Origin: Takakia lepidozioides
Taxonomy: Eukaryota > Plantae > Bryophyta
NCBI GenBank assembly: GCA_030704615.1
Contig: CM060734.1
Location: 8,494,001 to 8,558,000, forward strand
Direction: 5' to 3'
Length of the DNA stretch: 64,000 bases
The position numbers were made by a program, and so were the translations under genes. The notes beneath the pieces are model-generated. The model was given only the letters and a program-made list of their open reading frames with translations. It was not told where the DNA came from and searched no databases. Below, piece by piece: positions 34,901-46,495 of this stretch. The number at the start of each line of letters is the position of its first letter. The first letter of the stretch is position 1.

Positions 34901-36632
34901 AACGCTCCCCTCCAAGGCTACGTCCTCCCAAAATCCTAGATTTTATCTACCACTGACGCCTTAGATAAGGGCTCCTAACCCTTAGAGGGGTATAAATTGA
35001 ATCTACTAGCTAAAGGTAAGAATACCCCCATTTAAGGGAATTTGCAGACGCATTGCCCGCTGGGTAAAACGCCCCCGCCACGTGGCGGGGCGCAGCTCCG
35101 CGCGTAGCGGTCCAAGCCGTGGACCGCTGCAGTTAACGCCGGCGTCCGCCGGTCCGTCTCAGCTTTTGGTTATCCTGCGGGTAAAGACCCGCCCTCTGCT
35201 TGCACGCTTCAGGGCGTCACGCCTGAGCCACGCGGCTGATGTACTTGATCTCAGTACGACTTAAGGTCAGCGCTGGGGCCCCGCTCCCCGTACGTCGTGG
35301 CTGGGCCACGGCTGCCTCCACACTTTTAGTAATCGAGTGCCTACTCTCTACGCGCAGCACCCGGGCTCCTCCCGGGCTGCTCGCGACCTTGGGGCAGCTG
35401 CTGTCAAGCGAAATCAGCCCGCGCAATACCCAAGACAAAAAAAATACAACCCACCCTCCCCTAGGCCTCCATGGCTTGCTAGTGGGGGGGGGGGGATTAG
35501 CACATAGTGGCCTTATAGTGGCCTTATATCATAGATCCAACCTACTGGCCTACCTTTGCCAGAGCTGGCTATATTTCAAATTAGTAATCAAACACAAAGA
35601 TTCTTTCTTTAAACAATTCAAATACAAGCCTCTATTGGTACCCTTTCCAATAGGCTATGGGGTTCTTCCCCTTGTCAATTCTAGACATTAAATAGTGGGA
35701 TTCGACAATGCACTCTCCTCTTTTGAAGAGCCTAAATCAGATTTTGAACTTCAAGCTTTGCTTGGAAAATAAATGAATCACATACATAAATGGTGAAACC
35801 TTTCTATGCGAGAGTGTTTGGGATGCTCTATCGACTCAAGTAATGGTACTCTATGCGGCCTCCACTTGGGCTCTCGTCCATAAGTGCACACTAGCCCCTC
35901 CTACTCGTCTTCAAGTCACTTTCCTCTACATGAAATTGCCCTCTTCCTTCACAAATGAAATGGCTCAAAGGCCCACAAGCTAGGCCACTTGCCTTAGCTC
36001 ACAAGAATTCTACCTAACTAGGGAGCTTCAAGCTCCACTCCCTAGGATCTAGCCTCGTCAAGCCTCAAACTAACAACACTACAACAACAAGAGGAAACTA
36101 AGCAAGAGAAAGAACTAGATGAAGAACAAGAGAAGCCTTGCCCTTCTTTTATAATGTTTTTGAGCCTAATAAACTAATGGAAAATATTCATTAAACTATT
36201 GTTTCCTTGGGGGATCTATAATATAATATTCAACATGGATGAAAAGTCTTAGAGGCAAATGAAAGTTGGCTTTTCATCCATCCAATTAGATAACCAGTTG
36301 GCGCGAGTTGTCATTTCATCCATCCAGCTCCTCAAGGCGAATTCCAGGATTTTTCATCCATCCAAAAAATAGAAATGCAAATAATAGGCCCCGTGAGTGC
36401 CGTCAACTCAATAATTTGGCCCGGCTGCTAATCAGCTCCATAAATCACCAAACTTGGTGACAAACTACAATTATATATCTCGTATCAGCTTGTAAATTTT
36501 CAGCTCCATCGGTGTTAGAAAGTTGCACTTCTCGCCATTCGTCGTATTTTCGCTACACACAGATTTTGTGGTATTTTTGGAAATCAAATCCCTGGTGATG
36601 GCTCTGGGGTCTTTGACCCTGCCACTGAGTCA
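31945..36632 (-). mobile_element. Ty3/Gypsy family C, 5' portion: candidate LTR, long 5'UTR, gag-protease remnant
   Basis: Zinc knuckles QKCGRTTHRIEEC and CRHCGRQGHSFDKC (33256..33645); protease CLVDGGSLVNIM...LLLGRPWL (32092..33114); candidate LTR ~35472-36632 with minus-strand TATAAAA at ~36147-36153. Confidence 0.7.
32092..33645 (-). pseudogene. Gag nucleocapsid and aspartic protease remnant (family C)
   Basis: CCHC knuckles; DGG protease motif; LLGRPWL. Confidence 0.85.
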
Positions 36633-37118
36633 TAGGTTGTCCAGAGTCCCCTCTAGTTGTCCCGCACCGCTAACAAGGTCACGCTTTGCCGTTTGAAGTC
36701 GTCCTGACCTGCTGTCAATCCGATGCGCCCAATTGCTTTGTTGTGATATTTCATCGTTGTACATGTCGCTTCCACCAATTGCCAAGCTCCTCGCCGTGTG
36801 TTCCTACTGGACTTGAAAGGCGGGAGAAAAGAGAGATCGCAATCTGGGATTGGAACAGTCGTCCTGTATTGTTTGAACAGGATTAACTTGTCGTTTCTGG
36901 TACCGAATTGACAGCCTAATTTGCTGTCGATGCAGCTTCCTACGGTCATCTTGACGCCAGAGTTCCACTCCATGGTCGTCGCAGACACTGTCTAATTTCC
37001 CACGTGCTTTACCAACGATTTCCAGACATTAACTTGTTTTGGCAGTACAATGCCGAAACCGCTTGTCTTATGATAAAAAACGATCTAAAAATAAAAGTGT
37101 ATCAATATATGCATCTAC

Positions 37119-38415
37119 ACCAGGGAAGTCATTTCATTAATGAGACCATTGAATTGTTGACTAAGGAGTTCATGATTGTGCATAGGAAGAGTACAACCTA
37201 TTACCCACAGGGCAATGGGCAGGCAGAGGCCACCAACAAAATACTATGCACTATCTTGGCTAAGATAGTCAATGCGAACAGGACAGACTGGGATACAAAG
37301 TTGTTGACAGCTTTGTGGTCATATAGGACTTCATATAAGGTCACCACCAAATACACACCAATCCAATTAGTTTATGGCATGGAAGCTTTACCTCCAGTGG
37401 GATTCTGATTACCATGAGAACTGAATGGGGGAGGAGAATGGAATTGGAGGATTCATTTAAAGTAAGTAAACATAAACTATATCATGTGGAAGAAGTACGA
37501 ACTGATGCAGCAGATAACATGGCCAGAATTCAGATGAAGAGGAAAGATCAGTTTGATGAAGACAGGTGATTTGGTACTGTGGTTGCAGAAGAAGAGAAAA
37601 ATTAAAGCTTCTAAGCTTAAATCACCATGGAAATGACCTTATGTCATACATAAGATGTATGATAACAACACAACTATGTTACAAACCATTAACAAATAGA
37701 TGCTTGGTAGAGTCAATGCCAATAAGTTGAAGGTATCCATGATAGACCATTGTAGCATGATTTGAATCTTGAAACACAGATGCAGTCACAGACTACACCA
37801 GTAGCACCAGCGGAGCATGAAACATTTATCATAAAGCCGAATGTGTATGGCCATAGCAGAGAACACAGGTGTTCACATAGCCATCACAGCCCACCACAGT
37901 CTGTCACAGCCCACACAGGTTGCACAGTCCATAGGGGCAGTGACAGGTGGACACGGGTTAACGTCAGTAAAGTGGCCGGTAAGTGTAAAGACAGTTTGGA
38001 AGTCAAACTCGGAGACTGTGCCACGCGGACAGAAGGAGACAGAAGAGTGTTTGAATTCAAACACGTGGTTTGAGGAGCAAAGTATTCCGCATTGCAGGTA
38101 CTGCAATAACGAGCGCCATCACACTAGAAGACAAACAGGGCCATCAAAGTACCTACCCGATACATCAGCCGAAACTTATTACGAGCCCATTAATGCATCC
38201 AAATGACAGGTAACAGAACACTTTACGCGTCCGGAAAAAGGAACCTTGCCACATATGCAGTCCTAGTGGTCATTCCAAGATGGAATGTGAACAGATTAGG
38301 GTAAAAATGAGAAGTAACCTAATGAGGCAACGACCAATCAGCAACGTGAATTTTGTGCAAGAGACTCCATTCAAGAAACAAGAACAACAATAGAGAACAA
38401 CAACAAGACAAGAAA
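37119..38415 (+). pseudogene. Diverged family A integrase-core/linker fragment (copy A5)
   Basis: QGSHFINETIELLTKEF...GQAEATNK; linker homologous to 23140-23890 and 1990-2465, with many stops. Confidence 0.9.
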
Positions 38416-38620
38416 AGAGAGGGAAGATACTATGTCTTGTCGGGACATGGACAAGACCAAACAAGGTCTTTGTCAAATGTCATCTTCCTGAAAACACATG
38501 AAAAATTAGGGTGGGAGGGTGGGAATTCCAAGACAACCATCACCCTAGATTCATATGTCATTCATCATCGAAGGAGTCTTGTTTTTCTTATAAAACAATC
38601 GGGACAAACACCACCTTTGG
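38416..38620 (-). repeat. Short inverted X fragments
   Basis: Reverse complement of X ~13468-13530 joined to the reverse complement of ~13254-13397. Confidence 0.85.
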
Positions 38621-40469
38621 ATGGTGGGCGCCCCCTCTCTCCCTCTCTCTCCCTCTCTCCAATTATCTGTTTGGGATAAATAATTTTTTTTCCTAAGCCT
38701 ACCTGGTTTGGAAATACCTTCTTTCTAATCCCTAATGGAATATGTTTCGAATTTCATCCATACCGGATGGAAAATATGCCAGGTATAATCCCTAACTGGA
38801 TGAATTATTGTCTTGAGCTTTACCACTAAGGATGTAGCCTACAATTTTTCATCCATGATGGATTACATCCATCCTGGATGTTACCCTAACGGATGTAAAC
38901 CTAAGAGGATGTAACTCTAATGAAGTGCAAAATTTCATCCCAGTGGATGAAATCACGGGATGGTTTGCTAACCGCCTCTCTGCCCTAAGCACGGCACGAT
39001 ACTCGTGCTTGTTTTCTCAGGAGGATGGCGATGGCGGCTGAGCTGAGATCCGCGTGCATTTTGTTGTTTCTTGCGCGATGGCGGCAGGCCCTTCCATTTC
39101 CCGCACTGGCAAATGACCTACTGCTGTGTTGGCCTGCAATCTTTCTTATTCATGAAGCAGCAGCGCTCACAAGGTGATGGGGGAAGTATCATGCACTTTG
39201 TAATATATGCAATTTGTCCTCAAGTATCCCGATTTGTTGCATTCTGCTGTGATCTCTTGAGATTCAGGTGTTGAATGCCGCAACGTCCCACTCCACAAAC
39301 GATTAAATTTCTTTGTGGTGTCGCATCTATGTTTTACTTTTGATCAATTTGCTCACTGTAGAATGCATGTTGGACATGGATAGCAACTGTGAAGACCTGT
39401 TACTCACCTCGTGCATCCTCACTAACACACATTTTGATGTGGTGGTTTTTGGGACGGGCACAGGTGAGGGTCTTCACTTGATGTGTATTTTTTTTTCAGT
39501 TTGCAGATGATCAAAGGACTTGGCGATGGTGACGATTGATGCTACAAACTGCTTCACTGGGCAGATTCGGCCTCTCAGCCTTAATGTTTTTTTGTTTTTA
39601 TGTGTTGTAACCTGATTATAAGTCAATTTTCTGGTATGATACCAGTATGAACTTTGGCAGCATATTAGTGGGGTTTTCAACCTGATTGTAAATCAATTTT
39701 CTGGCACGATACCAGTCTGAGCTTCGGCTGCATTTTGATATGGTGCTGGAGTACCATCTCCAGACCTTATAAGGCTATCCAATGATGCTTAAGATAGGCC
39801 TTCTTATGCTGATTTAACACGGTAAGTACCAAGCGGTACTTTTTGGACATTGAGGTCAGAGTTCTAAATTTAAAACAGCCCTCGTTACATTGTTTTAACT
39901 TAGAGATTACCAAGCAGCTGGCGTGATGGGCTTTTCAGATTACATAGCACCTGTTTTAAGGTTGCCAAGCGATGCCATTGGAACCATCCTTTGAATTTGA
40001 AACAGGTTTAGTTTTACCATGTTAACTTGGAAAGTACCAAGCTGTACTTGACTTGGAAGAATACCAAGCAGTGGTCTTGTTGGGCTTTTTCAAAAATACG
40101 TAGGGGCTGGTTTAACTTATCAAACTAGCCTTTGGGAATACCCTTTGAGCTGGTGTTGTCTATAAAGTTCTGATTATGCTCATTGTAGCACACCACTCTG
40201 ATTGAGTTTTGGAGATCGATGATTGGAAAACCAGATCCAGACCTTTGTGCATTCATGGAACATAGACATAGCATGTTGGCTGGTCTACATTATCAGGCTA
40301 GGCTCTTGGAATTGCAACACCTACAACTCATTCTTAAAGGCTCAAGTGTTTATGCTGATCTGGTATGTACCAAAGGTGGTGTTTGTCCCGATTGTTTTAT
40401 AAGAAAAACAAGACTCCTTCGATGATGAATGACATCAGAATCTAGGGTGATGGATGTCTTGGAAATCCC
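38617..40469 (+). repeat. Repeat X copy spanning the end-to-start junction; left arm of a large inverted repeat
   Basis: Begins with sequence of ~21472-21815 and continues through a 156-bp link into sequence of 18779 onward. Confidence 0.95.
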
Positions 40470-41790
40470 TAAGAATGAGTTGGAGGTGTTGCAATTCCAA
40501 GAGCCCACCCTGATAATGTAGACCAGCCAACATGCTATGTCTATGTTCCATGAATGCACAAAGGTCTGGATCTGGTTTTCCAATCATCGATCTCCAAAAC
40601 TCAATCAGAGTGGATTGCTACAATGAGCATAATCAGAACTTTATAGACAACACCAGCTCAAAGGGTATTCCCAAAGGCTAGTTTGATAAGTTAAACCAGC
40701 CCCTACGTATTTTTGAAAAAGCCCAACAAGACCACTGCTTGGTATTCTTCCAAGTCAAGTACAGCTTGGTACTTTCCAAGTTAACATGGTAAAACTGAAC
40801 CTGTTTCAAATTCAAAGGATGGTTCCAATGGCATCGCTTGGCAACCTTAAAACAGGTGCTATGTAATCTAAAAAGCCCATCACGCCAACTGCTTGGTAAT
40901 CTCTAAGTTAAAACAGCGTAACGAGGGTTGTTTTAAATTTACAACTCTGACCTCGATGTCCAAAAAGTACCGCTTGGTACTTACCGTGTTAAATCAGCAT
41001 AAGAAGGCCTATCTTAAGCATCATTGGATAGCCTTTATAAGGTCTGGAGATGGTACTCCAGCACCATATCAAAATGCAGCCGGAGCTCAGACTAGTATCG
41101 TGCCAGAAAACTGATTTACAATCAGGTTGAAAACCCCACTAATATGGTGCCAAAGTTCAGACTGGTATCATACCAGAATACTGACTTATAATCAGGTTAC
41201 AACCCATAAAAACAAAAAAGCATTAAGGTTGAGAGGCCGAATCTGCCCACTGAAGCAGTTTGTAGCATCAATCGTCACCATCGCCAAGTCCTTTGATCAT
41301 CTGCAAACTGAAAAAAAAATACACATCAAGTGAAGACCCTCACCTGTGCCCGTCCCAAAAACCACCACATCAAGATGTGTGTTAGTGAGGATGCACGAGG
41401 TGAGTAACAGGTCTTTACAGTTGCTATCCATGTCCAACATGCATTCTACAGTGAGCAAATTGATCAAAAGTAAAACATAGATGTGACACCACAAAGAAAT
41501 TTAATCGTTTGTGGAGTGGGACGCTGCGGCGTTCAACACCTAAATCTCAAGAGATCACAGCAGAATGCAACAAATCGGGATACTTGAGGACAAATTGCAT
41601 ATATTACAAAGTGCATGATACTTCCCCCATCACCTTGTGAGCGCAGCTGCTTCATGAATAAGAAATATTGCAGGCAAACACAGCAGTAGGTCATTTGCCA
41701 GTGCGGGAAATGGAAGGGCCTGCCGCCATCGCGCAAGAAAAAACAAAATGCACGTGGATCTCAGCTCAGCCGCCATCGCCATCCTCCAGA
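40470..41790 (-). repeat. Repeat X inverted copy; right arm of the inverted repeat
   Basis: Reverse complement of 39017-40336 with scattered SNPs. Confidence 0.95.
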
Positions 41791-42730
41791 CAGGTGAGGT
41801 TGAGACTACAACCAAGACATCCCAACCCGTTGGACCTGGATCAAGTGGAGCACTTGGATCACAGGCCAACGAAGGTGTCGGCTCAGGGGGATCAGGCGGG
41901 CAGCCTGGATCTGGCTCTGGGGGGACAGGGAGTGTGGGAAGTAGTGCAACTGGAGCTGGGAATACTGTGAATATCGTGGGGCCAGTAGCAGGGAGTGCTC
42001 AGGGGCCACCACTTGGTGGAAGATCCACCACAACTACAACAGGTCCTCAAGGACCAGCACCGGCAAGGGGGCCAGCATCTGTCAGTGGGCAGAGGGTAGG
42101 GCCACAGATGGCGTTACAACCAACACGGGCAAAACCACATTTTTCAATATATTCAGGAAAATGGGATCCCGATGTACACATTAGCCAATTTGAGCACATG
42201 TGTATTGTGAACAATGAGAATGGCGAGGATGCCAAGATGAGATTGTTTCCTTGTTCGCTTATCAAGAAAGCAAGTGAATGGTATGCAATATTCCCTGATA
42301 ATCATTTCCTAACCTGGAATGGCTTGAATACAACATTCCGAAATAGGTTCAGGACAAGTAAAACTGAGGATGAAGTGTATGGAAGTTTACAACAGTTAAA
42401 GCAAAAGAAGCATGAAACTGTTGAGGAGTATATGGAAAAAATGGAATTGATGATGAAAAAGCTGGCTGCTGTACCAGCACCAGGTTTACAGAAGACTTGG
42501 TTTGTGAGTGGACTAAGACCAGAGTTGCAGAAGAAAGTGGATATGTTACCCCATAATACAGTGGAGGAGGCATTTGAAACAGCGAACAGAATTGAGCAAT
42601 TGGGAATGCTCAAGAGAGAGAAAAGGGATGATGAGGACTCTGAGGATGAGTCAGATGAGGAAGAAGAGCAAGAGCTGAAAAGGAAGAGTAAGAGGAAGGA
42701 GAAGTTGAAGAGGGATAACTATGAGAAAAG
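41790..42730 (+). pseudogene. gag: Family A gag (capsid) fragment, sense orientation
   Basis: YSGKWDPDVHISQFE...KMRLFPCSLIKKASEWY...LKQKKHETVEEY...WFVSGLRPEL; reverse complement of ~56982-57914. Confidence 0.9.
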
Positions 42731-42737
42731 TATAACT

Positions 42738-45305
42738 ACTCAAACTCGTGCAAGATTATTAACCACCTTGCTATCCTTCCACTTATCAAAGGTTTGTTCA
42801 CCAGATATATCAGAGCCTGGTGATCCACATAAAACATAAACTTTCTTCCCAATAGGTAATGCCTGAATTTCTTGACTGCATAAATCATTGCGAGTTCTTC
42901 TCTTTCAGTTGTGCTATAGTTCCTTTCAGCACTGTTCATCAACCTGCTAGCATAGTACACCGGTGAATCTATATTTCCTGTAACATTTTGGGCTAACACC
43001 GCTCCCAACGCTTCTCCTGAGGCATCACAGTGAACATGAAATACTACATGCCAGTGAGGGTTAATCAGCACAGGTGTAGTTGTTACTGACAATGTAAGTT
43101 CCTCAAAAGCCTGCTGACATTCAGCTGTCCATGCAAACACTGCATCTTTCTTCAGAAGCTTGCTCAATGGTGCTGCTATCTGTGCATACCTTTTGACAAA
43201 TCTTCTGTAATAACTGGTTTGTCCAAGGAATCTCCTTAGACTTTTAACATTTACTGGTGGTGGAGAGGCTTTAATGGCCTCTGTCTTCCTGGGATCCACA
43301 AGAAGTCCCCTCTTACACACAATGTGTCCCAAAAGCACCCCTGAGTTCACACAGAAAGTACACTTCTCTGGATTCAGGCCCAGACCTCTCATCCTGCATC
43401 TGGCCAAACATAACTCCAATTTATGCAAGTGCTCATTCTTAGAGCTGTACACACTGAAATCATCCAAGAACACCTGCATGAAATCATCCTGATACTCATG
43501 AAAAGATTCACTTATCACTCTCTGAAAGGTTGCTGGTGCATTACAAAGCCCAAAAGGCATGACTTTGTATGCATAAGCACCCCAGTCTATGATGAAAGCC
43601 GTCTTTCCCTGGTCTTCTTCTGCCACTTGCACTTGATTATAACCACTGAAGCCATCCATGAATGAGTACATCTCATGGCCTGCCACAGTATCCAATACCG
43701 CTTCTGTGAATGGCAAAGAGAAAGGATCTTTCTTCGTGCAAGCATTCAACTTTTTATAATTCACACAAACTCTCAGTTTACCATTCTTCTTGGGAACTAT
43801 CACAATGGGTGACAACCAAGTTGTATACTCTATCGGGTATATAAACTTAGCCTCAGCCAACTTCTTGATCTCTTCTCCAACCTACTATGCATAGTTGGGA
43901 TTCATTCTGTACCTTGCCTGTTTGATTGATACTGACCCTGGTTCCAATTCAATCTTATGCTGACAGATCTCAGGTGGTATCCCTTTTAGATCCTCGTAGC
44001 TCCAAGCAAATACATCTCTGTATTTGATGAACAAACTCTTAGCTTCCTCAAAGAATTCTGGCTCCAAATCAGCCCCTACCTTCACCATCCTTGTTCCTCT
44101 TCAGTTCCCACATTCACTTCTCTTACCTGCTCATCAGCTGTGATTGTCCAACCAGTCACCACTTCATTTTGTAAACTCACAGTGGCTGGTTCCTCTAGGA
44201 TTTCCATTTCTCCTTCTCTTTCTTCATAAAAATGTGGTGAGTAACTGCTTATTTCACCTTCAATTGGTGTTGCTGTCACTACACCACAGCAGATACCTTT
44301 TAAACAACTTAGGCCTTCCAGCTGCATCTCTGCAACCTGCTCCCACTCTGGGTGTGCAGCAAACAGGGTAGCTTCCCGCTCCTCATCTAATCCTCCCCTC
44401 CACTCATACTCCCTGACCCCTCGAGGTCTTCTCGTAGCAGGTAATCTACTAGATTTCTTAGTAGTAATTTGTATCTTGTGCATCCCATTATGCACAGTTA
44501 GTAACTGGGAATTCCAGTCATGGAATACCCTGGCCTGTTTCAGCCACGGACGTCCCAACAATAAGGAGTAAGCTTCCATGACTTCATCCATTTTTAACAG
44601 AGTTACTGTGATCATAAAGATCATCTTTTGAATCTGTATCTTAACTCCTCTTATCAATCCCAATGGCTGTACACTTCTTTGATCTGCCATTGTTACTGTA
44701 AATGGGGCTGGTTTCATGTTACTTAGACCAAGCTTCTGCCTTAATTGGTCTGTCATGATATTCACTCCAGAGCCTCCATCTATCAGTACATCAGTTAGTT
44801 CTGTGCTTCCAATTCTCAATTGGATTACTGGCAAAGGAACCATCAAAGTCCATGACTGCGTGCCCTTCCGGCTTCACATTATAACTAGTCATCTTGCTGT
44901 TCAGGTCTGTGTTTCCTGTCACATGGGCAATTTGATTGATTGCTTGATACAGCCTGTGTCTACAATAAGGTGCCACAGCCAATAGCTGTCCAATGGTAAT
45001 CTCTGCTTTGGTCTGGCATATTACTTCAGCCAAAGTCCCTTCATTACTCTGCATGTCTGCAGCTTCTTTCTTCCTTTCATCTTCACTCACTTCTTCTTCT
45101 CCATCAGAATCAGAGGAATCTGCCATAGGAATATCAGTACTCTTCTGCATTTCCCTCATGGTATCTACCACTTCTTTGTGCAGTTCTTTCTCATCTCTCC
45201 AAGCCTCATAATCTTCAGGCACATCACTGCCATCTTCATTATCATCATCTTCCTCAGCTACTGGAGGTATTAGTTTGGCTTTGCTTCTCGTTACTATCAT
45301 TGTAC
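42738..45305 (-). pseudogene. pol: Family A protease-RT-RNase H
   Basis: LIDGGSGVNIM; VFLDDFSV; HCDASGEALGAVL; ORFs 44791..45300, 44082..44846, 43885..44088 and 42736..43860. Confidence 0.95.
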
Positions 45306-45788
45306 ATACTAGAAGTCTCCGTTACCACATAACTATATGGCAAACAAGTCTGGAAAGCTGTTCTTGGTGTGAGTTTGATCCACAGAATATCCTCTGGAAT
45401 CCAATTCTTTACCAGTACAAGCTCTTCATGCATATGAGTATAAACATTCACCTTCCTTTCCTCCTAGCCTTCAAACTCTACTCGCTTAATGGATAGCAAT
45501 GCTATCACATAAACCAGTGTTGGTAACCAACGTGCTCTTCCTCTACAGGCCACCTGATAAATCTTTATCACTCCTTTCTCCAGACCCCACTCAGGGTCAG
45601 CATCATGCACTCTTTTAAGAATGTTTTCTTTACAACCGTCTAGCAATTCCAAAAACCTCTGAAAGAATCGTTTGGACAATCTTTCCTTCTCAGTTTCACA
45701 GGGAATTTGATTCACATCAAATTCTTTAATTCTCCAACCACCATGATCCTACCAGATGCCTGTCACATCTGGTTGTTCATGACCCAGT

Positions 45789-45806
45789 TCCCCAGTATGG
45801 TCGCCA
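45789..45806 (-). promoter_or_regulatory. Primer-binding site (tRNA-Arg-like)
   Basis: TGGCGACCATACTGGGGA 2 nt after the LTR-terminal CA; TGGCGACC is complementary to the GGUCGCCA 3' end typical of tRNA-Arg. Confidence 0.75.
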
Positions 45807-45808
45807 AA

Positions 45809-46310
45809 TGTCGAACGGCTTTTACTCACCCATCCCTTCGCTATCCGAGGTAGAAACTCCAAGATAGAAGAGTTGGATATCTGTAAGCACTCAGCCTGCT
45901 TAGTACAATCAGTCATGACCTGCAGCTAGTGAATCATGGTTGTGCTTCCCATTTGTATTCCTTTTTGCCTTCATGTTATCAATTTACCTTATCTGATACT
46001 AAAGCATCAGATTGCTTCAGTATCTTCTTAGTTCCAGTTAATCATGCATTCATTTCACAACTTCACTCATGTCTCTCTACACAGTGTGCTTGTATCGAAT
46101 AAGTATCAGATTACGATTTATCAGGTACTAGGCCAATGCGAAAGTGATTCTAATCCGCCCTACAGTATCACTACAACTCTGTATGAAATGAACCTCCATC
46201 AAGTCATCATCTCCTCTTCTGTGTAATCATCATCCCTATGCTACAAGATCGTGCCCTCCCTCTGACCTTCCCCCTGATGTCTAAGAAGTGATCCAAGAAG
46301 TGATCCCCCA
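45809..46310 (-). repeat. Family A 5' LTR, truncated
   Basis: Near-identical to 28499-29001; adjoins the PBS; breaks into X at 46309-46310. Confidence 0.95.
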
Positions 46311-46495
46311 TTACTCCTGTTAACTGGTAACCTGTAGTTGATGCCTTATGTCAGCATCAGATCCCTTATGATGAAAAGCCTTCCCTACTCGTGGGCTTTC
46401 ATACTTTCCTGGATGTGGGTTTGCTCTTTATAGCACCACTAAAAAAATGCCCAGGTGTAACGTGATATGTCATTTTTTATACCTTGAGGAAATAT
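46309..46495 (+). repeat. Short repeat X fragment (insertion target of A4)
   Basis: Matches ~13891-14078. Confidence 0.9.

Noticed and set aside
36653-36988. 111-aa minus-strand ORF
   Set aside because: No recognisable motif, and an alternative frame is almost equally open; cannot support a call.
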